A DNA stretch of 64,000 bases, taken from contig OU015569.1 of NCBI GenBank assembly GCA_907165135.1, positions 9,796,001-9,860,000 on the forward strand, given 5' to 3'. Source of the DNA: Oikopleura dioica (Eukaryota > Animalia > Chordata). Below, piece after piece: positions 51,201-64,000 of the stretch (positions are counted from its first letter, which is position 1; each line of letters starts with the position of its first letter). The translations under genes and the position numbers were made by a program. The notes beneath the pieces were generated by a model, which was given only the letters and a program-made list of their open reading frames with translations, was not told where the DNA came from and ran no database searches.

Positions 51201-52416
51201 CCAATTTATTTGCTGTTTGAAATGGCCAGATAAAGTCAAATTTTCAGGGTCTTAGGAGTATTTTATAATTGCTGTAAAAATTAATTTAATTGCAATGTTA
51301 AGTGCTTTAGGTGTGTACGTATTGATAGCTCGTTCACGTAACAAATGCGTTTATTGTAATAGCTGTGAAATGTCTTCTTCACGTTGTTTGGCGAGCTTTA
51401 TTTCTTCTTCAACTTGATAATTTGGCCCTTTGGTATTACGTGAGCAAATATTATTTCTTGTGATACCTGTTTTGATACGTACTCAGGAGGTAATGACCAG
51501 CGCCACCGTTTATTTTCTCTGTTCAAGTTATAAAAATTCGAAACGTTGACTTAGAAAACATACAGCCGAGAGTTCACACTTTGTTTCTCAGACTCCAAGA
51601 CATTAATTAGCAACTTGAATACCTCAAATCTGCATTATTAACAGTCCATTTAATTCGACAATTAAGCTCTTATCATAATAAAGTCATTTTTTCTACTGAT
51701 CACTCGAAAGTAAAATTCTTTCTTCATACTACTTTCCTCGTACAATCAAACTTATGAGGAAAAAATGGTTATTCCATTGTTACTGCTACGTTTTTTTCTG
51801 TGAAAAATTTCGTGTTATATTTGAAATTGTCGCAGTCGGAAGGGTCAGCTTCATTTTTAGACATTTTGATAAACTGGCTGGTAAACGATTTGAAAATAAA
51901 TAATATTATTTTAAATAACTTTTCGGATGTATTATAATTGGTCTCACTTCCGCTTTGAGTTTTTATGCTATCTATCGCTTTGAGTCAGATCGTCTTCTAA
52001 AGTAGCATATTTAGGAAAGCGTAAGCTTCTATTTCCTTTCGATTGACCAATCTGATACACTGGCGATTATGTGATGAAGCAGGCGAATACACAAACTGTT
52101 CATTATTCTAGTGGCATGGCGAAGCGCGCTGCCGATTGGTCGGATAGGAGCAGCTCGTGCGCCGCCCAGCGAGGGAAGAATTCCTCGACGGTGGTGGTGA
52201 CGCTAGAGCGCTCCGTCTTTTTCTCTTGATAGGACTTGCAGGTCTCTCCAACTCATTTTTTGAGAAAACACCTTTGCGCCTTGCAATCACAATATTATCT
52301 CGACTTTTGGCTAAACGAAACAAAACATAACAACTACAAATACAAACATACAGATAGACAGTTCCATCGTCGGCTAATTGGCCCCTGGAGCAAAGAGAGA
52401 CTCTAGAAAGAGCAAA

Positions 52417-57595
<5,179 letters not shown>

Positions 57596-57848
57596 GCGAT
57601 GCCTTTATTTGGAAGAAAAAATCGACTACCGTAACGACAACTGACGACTATTGTAACTATTTACTATTCGAAAACGATCAAGCATGTTTCATTTTATTAT
57701 CTGTAGTTATACCTTTTTGTCCGACCCTATTTTTGTATAATCAGAATATATCGCTTAATCGATTCTTTGAAATCTCATTCGTTTATTCATTTGGCAGGAT
57801 TATCTTTCGACTTTTTAAACGGATTAAACCTCTGAGGCCTTACAATCG

Positions 57849-58349
57849 CTATCTTCGGTGGCGGCTTTTCGAAATCAGGACGTTTTCTGAAAAAAGAGTG
57901 AAATCAAGGAAGAGACTTCTAGGTAAATACCTAAGTTCTTCACGCAGATATGAAATCGTTCGTTGCATGCTTGCAACGCGCTTTTCCAACTTCTCTGCTA
58001 CTTCTTTCGATTGACAACAATGCTCGTTAGAAGCTTGTAAGAGAGTTATTAATGATATGCTTAAAAATTTCACCTTGGCAGGCGACTGTTTTTCTTTGAT
58101 ATCGCATCTTCAATACATCTTCCAGCGACTTTTCAGAAATAAAGTGATCTCCATGAAGCTGGGACTCTGTTTGACACACTTTATCTAAATATCACGTAGA
58201 ATTTGGCACCAATAGAGCAAAAATACCTGCCGTATCTGCATCGTTCTTCAACCACTTCGAGGACAAATCTTCTTTGAGCTTTTATTCGCGATTGTTTAAT
58301 GCTGAAAATAGGAGAATAAATACCTGATCGTAGCTTTCTCTGTATCCAT
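57849..58349 (-). CDS. Small multi-exon coiled-coil unknown protein
   Basis: ATG 58349 (MDTEKATI...), short GT-AG-bounded exons, and a heptad-like segment EVAEKLEKRVASMQRTISYLREEL. Confidence 0.35.
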
Positions 58350-59492
58350 TTTCGCGCAAATATCTCAAAAGAAAAATTTCACAAGAACGCATGATCTGTA
58401 TGGAAATCTAATACATCTGTCACGTTTCGCAAGTTGATTAGTCAAACTAACTTGGCAATGGACCCGTAGTGGACCCTTAGGCACAAAAATGGCAAAAATA
58501 TATTTCCTGCTCAAAGAAGAACAAATAATTGGGAAACAAAATCAATTTAAATGAAGAAGATAACAAGGACAATCAAAAATATCAAATTTCATTAAAAAAT
58601 ATAACTCAAACTTGCTCATATTTATGATCAGAATGAACAATTTGTTCATAGATAAAAGTGGCAAAGATAAGCCCAAGGTGTGGCCGGGACAATGATTTTA
58701 AAATTAATTTATTCGCCAAGGCCGATAGATTCAACTAAAGAGAGAAAGAGTTTCGTAAAAATTGTTACAAAATGGATTGGTTCAAGTGAGAATGAGACGG
58801 TAAATGAAATAAAAAAGAGAGTTGGCTTAGAAATTGAAAGTTTGGCATTCCAGTATTTTCTCTTTCTCACCAACGCGGATGCATTTTTATGTTGAATTAT
58901 TTATTTTTTACCTGAATATCGGAGATATCAAGATAAGGTCAACTCGTTGCTCGAAGCGGCGCTGGGGAGAAAAGTTTTTTCTATTATCGAATGGGTTTGT
59001 TTTGTCATAGCCGTTCTGCCCCAACACTCATTCAAAAATCCAGATCAAAACGAACATCATCTGTGTTCTATTATTTTTAGAGCCTTCTATTAACGATTTC
59101 CTGAAAAGAGGGTAGGGTAAAAGAGAATACTTATTGAAGAAAACCCATATTTGTTTTGTGACAGTATTGAAGAGGGAAAGAGGCCGAAAAGAATGTTCTT
59201 TTTTTCTAAAAATGAGCCAACTCTCTTTATAGCCGAACTAGTAGGCAATCTTGCGGACAGTCTGATAGAATTTTTCACGCACTTATGTTATTTCTTTATT
59301 TCCTCAAGAGTCTACTAGGAGATAGTGATTTTTAGAGAAGAATTATCTAGGTCTCTAGCGTTTCAAAGTCAAACAATCAAATGTCACTCATTTTTTAATT
59401 TAGATATTAAGGCTGGCACATAGTTTCTGATGGGGATTAGCGCTTACTCTCAGTACAAATACCATCGCCTTACAGATATCACTAAGAGAAAA

Positions 59493-60840
59493 ATGACGTT
59501 TCAAGGCTGGTGCACCAAAGTTTCTCTGAAGCCCGCTCTTTCAGAATTTAAAAAAGAAAAAACTTGGTAAACTTCCAAAGGCATTCCATCATGGACTGGA
59601 CTTTATATTACTCTATTAACTATTCTTGCTTGCACTGGCATTTATCATCAATATAGAAAATCACAGGAAAGGGTCAAAGATACAAAAAACGACCATAGAA
59701 CATTTCTAGTTGGAATTTCTTGACCGCAAAAAGCTAGATCAGATTAATTTTTCACAACTGACGATGGATAGAGAGCTAAAACTGTCCGTAGAAGAGAGAT
59801 TTAAGTTGCGAAAATTACGAGCAGAAAAAGTATGCGAAGCAAATCAGTGGACGGGACTGGACCAGTACTTGGTCGAAGAGGGCGTGAGAAGACGGCCGAA
59901 TATTCTCTACGTAGACAAGTACAAAATGCTTTATTGTGTCATCCCCAAAGTTGGCTGCACAAACTGGAAGAGGGTTCTTCTCTATTTGAACGGCGATTTA
60001 GACGAAGAAAAAACAAAAGCTGTCGAGAATGGGGAGCGTTTAAAAATCTAATAATTCGCAATAAAAATAGAACCTGAAACGTAAATTTCTCAAATTTTAA
60101 AACGCGTTTCAAAGAAACTGGTTCAGTATAGGCGGTTCTTACGCTAACAATCCAGATAACCTAGAAGGCATGAACTTCTGGAGTCTCAATAAAACAGAGC
60201 GACTGAGAAGGCTTGACTCGTACACCAAATTCATGGTCACTAGAGATCCGTTTGAAAGACTATTATCAGCGTTTAGGGAAGTGGCTTAATTTTATTCTAT
60301 GAGCTAATACTTCTTTCACGTTATTACGCCGCAAAAGAAATAAAATCCAAACATTTCGCGAACACGACACTTTTGGAGACATTTCGAATAAGATCCATCG
60401 GATATACAACCGTAGATCAGAACGATCGAGCACAACTCCCGCCAATTTCGAAGAGTTCTTGCGCCACATCATCGACAAGAACCCGACAGCTCCAACGGTT
60501 CCCAAAAACGAGCATTGGGAGAATTACTGGTCACTATGCTACCCCTGCGACATTGATTACGACTACATTTTGAAACTAGAGACGATTGAAGAAGATTCTA
60601 CCTGGCTTTTCAATAGGCTGGGCCTTAAAAATATCGTCTATCCTACTGGAAGCTCGAAACCGTCAAACCATGATTTATTGGAAGAGTTCCTCAAAAGGTT
60701 GATTTCCCACATTTCTCCATCTTCATTTTTATATTTCTAGCGTTGATAAGCACCTGCCGAAGTCCGTCTATAAACACCTGCAAGTGGATTATAAAATATT
60801 CGGATATGACATTCCAAAATGTATACGAGATCTTTTCTGA
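59493..60840 (+). CDS. Carbohydrate sulfotransferase (Sulfotransfer_2, CHST8-14 family)
   Basis: [16 protein letters not shown]; [17 protein letters not shown]; [16 protein letters not shown]; [26 protein letters not shown]; stop TGA 60838-60840. Start tentative. Confidence 0.88.
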
Positions 60841-61435
60841 ACATCGAGAAAGACGCAATAGATTATTAAAATTGCACTTATGAAATGTTTTTATCTCTTC
60901 CGTGCCTCCAACTTGATTATATAAATGGTTAGACAATATAGCAACACAGCAAACAGTCAATTATCTGTGCATGGAAGACAGTGACTCGCCTAAGGGTCAG
61001 AGCAATTATTCAGAAAGCCAAATAAACTAAAGGCGAAGGGTGATAATTTAACTTGATTTAGGGATACCGAATTTGGAAGTCACTCGTGTTAATCTCTTTT
61101 TGCCCACAAGAAACACATTTGCGTGAGAACTCAGCAAGATCTATTCGTAAAACAATGAAAGAGAATCCAGAACAAAATTCATTATTTTCATGCAGCCAGA
61201 GCTTTCATCAAAAAGAAAAAAAATAATGATGTTCAAGCTCTACTTAAAAATTGATCTTATTTTCCAGTAAAAATTCAATATTATTTTCCCGCGATATAAC
61301 GCTCTATCAGCCATTTGAGAAAAGACAAAATGATTATCAAGACAAAGCAAAGGTCTGTTAGTTGACTCAGGGTTATATTTGCGCAGTGGAGTACGCGCAG
61401 AGAATTTGCAAGTGAAAGTCAAGAATTCATCCGTG

Positions 61436-62134
61436 TTATATTAAATGTTTCATTTTGGCGAGTTCAGAGAAGCAAATGAGATAGGTCGAGATTCGTAAGT
61501 CAAAGGCAAGATGAGGGATAAGAGCGACCCCGAGCTGGCCTGGGCTCGGGTTCAGAAGATAAAACTGCTTATAAGGTACTAGTGAGTGTTGAAATTGCAA
61601 TATTCGCTTGGCAATCGACAGTAAAAACCGTGTTGTATGCCACATTTAGGAAGCGTATAAAAATCACGACGAGAGCTGATCTTCATCGCCAATTTGGAGC
61701 AGTTGCTTCTCTCGCGCAAGGAGACTTGCAGCCTTTGCGGTAGGCTCTCGCAGTCCATTATGTGATTAGTAACTCAACCCTAGAATGCCGACGAAAGAGC
61801 AAAAGGTTCAATTCTCCGGGCCACCATCAAGCGGTATATACAGTGACTCTTGTACGCTCTGTAGAAAGCGGCTAGAGCAATTTTTATTGTAAAATTAAGC
61901 TGATTCAAGCTCTGATCAGGAGTCAATACAGCGTGTTACAGACGCCATCGATGACACTTTGGACAGGGTGCGCCTTAGGCTTGATCGAATGCTCAACAAT
62001 CTCAGGTAAAACGAAATAACTAGCAAAAGAAAGACTCTAAAGAAAAATGAAGGTCCCAAAAAAGTCCAGAAGAAGATCTGGTGGCAATAAATAGAATCTT
62101 GCACAACCTTCATATCATTGGCAGTGAGGGCCAT
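61436..62134 (-). CDS. Possible unknown multi-exon gene
   Basis: ORFs 61916-62134 and 61436-61645 with intervening exon-like open segments; no family recognised. Confidence 0.25.
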
Positions 62135-62242
62135 TCACCTGTCGATGACATCAAAAAGCATAAGTAAGCTTTCAAGTTGGTATTGTTATTCATTTCGAGT
62201 AGGTTTACATCAGAGAAGTCGACGCAAGTGTGTCCCGCTCGG

Positions 62243-62967
62243 ATGAGCGTCAGGAGAGGTTCTCAAAAGTCAAGTGCGAGTATCTCCGAGAGTAGCTCTT
62301 TTCGAACCAAGAAAAAGTACACACTGTGATTTTCCGAGTAACTCCGTAATTAAACCGACAAAGGTGGCGCTCAAGAACTCGGCCAAGCTTGTAAAGAAGG
62401 AAGCGATTAACCTCTCTCGGTCTGCTTCAACGAAAATATCGCGCGCTTCTACACCAGCGAGCTTCACGAGGTGATATTTATGTTTGAGGTCAACTACATC
62501 ATAGCTTTACTAAATCAGAATCTCAAAACAAATGTAAATACTTGTACTTAGCTTGAATTTTCGCAGTTTTCTTTGTGGCCTAAGTGGGCAACCCCAAGAC
62601 GTAGAGGTATGAAATAGAGGAGTTCTGCCAATGTAGAAAAAGAAAAATCACTGATTTGACTTGATTGGCAGAAAAGGTGGAACCCTAGTGATTACCATCA
62701 AATGTAGAATCCCGGTGGCGTGGATTTGGAACACCAAAACTAGTAATACCCTCCTTTTTGTTCTTATTCTTGCAATTTTTCACCTAAATACCGGAAGTTA
62801 ATCGAGACTAAGTTTTCGTATTAAGAAGTGCGACACCCTCCGGAAGCAATCCGAGTGAAGATAGCAAAAGCCGATCAAGCTTCCGTGGAGATTCAAAAAA
62901 GCTGCTAAAAGGAGTCAAGAGCTTCACTAAGTCGGTGTACAAAGATGCCAAAACCAAATTTCAATGA
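62243..62967 (+). CDS. Possible Ser/Lys-rich unknown gene
   Basis: ORF 62274-62474 ends at a GT donor; a final open segment RSATPSGSNP...KTKFQ* ends at 62967. Confidence 0.3.
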
Positions 62968-63580
62968 CATGTTCTCGGAGTTCCTCTATTTCTAATTACT
63001 GAAAACTTCTTCAATTTTTCATGAAGCTAATAAACTGGACCTAAATCTTCACCTGCTTTGTTTCTTGACGAGAAAAGCGTAAATAAGAACAAGTAAATCG
63101 GTAACGAATATATATTTTACTGCATTATAGTAATTAAGTTACATAGAAAACGTCAGACCAGAAGATAAACTTTTCCAGAAGGCCTGAAACTGAAAGTAAT
63201 ATTTACAGAAGTGGTAATCAATTACAATTACAGGCGGTTCAAATAGCGGGAGGCCGCACCGGCCCTTCATGGATACACCATTTTAGTAAAGTGATGTTTT
63301 TCAGAGCAGATGCACCGTCTTCGCAAAACGGAACTATAATGTAAGATGGAACTGGATGGAAAAAGTCGGTTCGATTATTATAGAAAGATAATAACAACCT
63401 TTAACAATATATAAATATGTATATAAATTATTTACTTCATAAGTTATATACTTGCACTTGAAGAAAAACTAACCGCGGCCAGTGAGGCGCAAAAACCTGG
63501 CAAAATGTTAAGTTGATGGCTTAGATAATTTAGGGTCGAGGACCTCAAGACGAGGAGAAATGAGATTATGAAATCGTACA

Positions 63581-64000
63581 TTAAACTTTTTCTTCGGAGG
63601 GTGGTGGTGGCGAATTGATTGTGTTCGGTGGTTTGGGATTACAATCGGAGACGATCTCGCGCCAGTTCATGTCCTCGCCCTGCGACACCGCGCTGATGAT
63701 GGAGACGCCACTCGCCGCGCTAGCATTTCGTGAGTGCACTTGGTACGCCTTCCGCGATGTTCCCTTGATCAGATCATCGACCAACTGCGCTTGTCCGTTG
63801 CACACGGGCGTGCTCTCAGACGTTCCATTTTCTACTATTGCTCCAGATGAATTCTCTAAGTCCAGTGTTTTATCGAGTTTGAGTTTATCAAGCTGGATTT
63901 CTTCGTCAACTTCCGCAGCTTGCACTTCTTGGGCACGCTCGTGGGAGTCCTCGATCTCTCGAGCTACAGTTCCTACGAGCTTCTGGTACTGTTCTCGTGC
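63581..64000 (-). CDS. 3' end of an unidentified gene entering from beyond the window
   Basis: Frame is open from base 64000 to the stop at 63581; acidic, low-complexity C-terminus ending in PPPP. Confidence 0.55.
   Translation of the reverse strand, partial: AREQYQKLVGTVAREIEDSHERAQEVQAAEVDEEIQLDKLKLDKTLDLENSSGAIVENGTSESTPVCNGQAQLVDDLIKGTSRKAYQVHSRNASAASGVSIISAVSQGEDMNWREIVSDCNPKPPNTINSPPPPSEEKV

Noticed and set aside
48560-52100. Short ORFs between PIGT and FoxC
   Set aside because: No homology or convincing gene model. Treated as probably non-coding, although a small minus-strand gene at about 48560-49310 cannot be excluded.

Overview
Compact, intron-rich eukaryotic (chordate-type) genomic DNA. 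Introns are mostly about 35-55 nt, include GC-AG and GA-AG types, and genes are densely packed; this pattern best fits the larvacean tunicate Oikopleura (inference, not verified). Recognisable genes: a class I/III-like photolyase/cryptochrome, RBPMS, a coiled-coil-FN3-PRY/SPRY protein, PACRG, a tiny HLH protein with no basic region, tRNA-Ala(AGC), CBS, two Sulfotransfer_2 (CHST) genes, a SoHo-3xSH3 (SORBS) gene, a tweety homolog, an HS3ST-like sulfotransferase, PIGT and FoxC, plus several orphan genes. A 3.85-kb hAT-type element (8-bp TSD) at 25642-29491 holds several nested MITEs. Top findings: (1) a 289-bp TIR/TSD MITE inserted in a conserved PIGT exon that can be removed exactly as a GC-AG intron (introner-like); (2) a photolyase-family protein with intact FAD/Trp-triad motifs but a remodelled lesion pocket and a possible non-animal origin; (3) an apparently heme-less CBS; (4) an acidic, Id-like HLH microprotein. 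All splice models and homology calls were made by eye; no database search was run.
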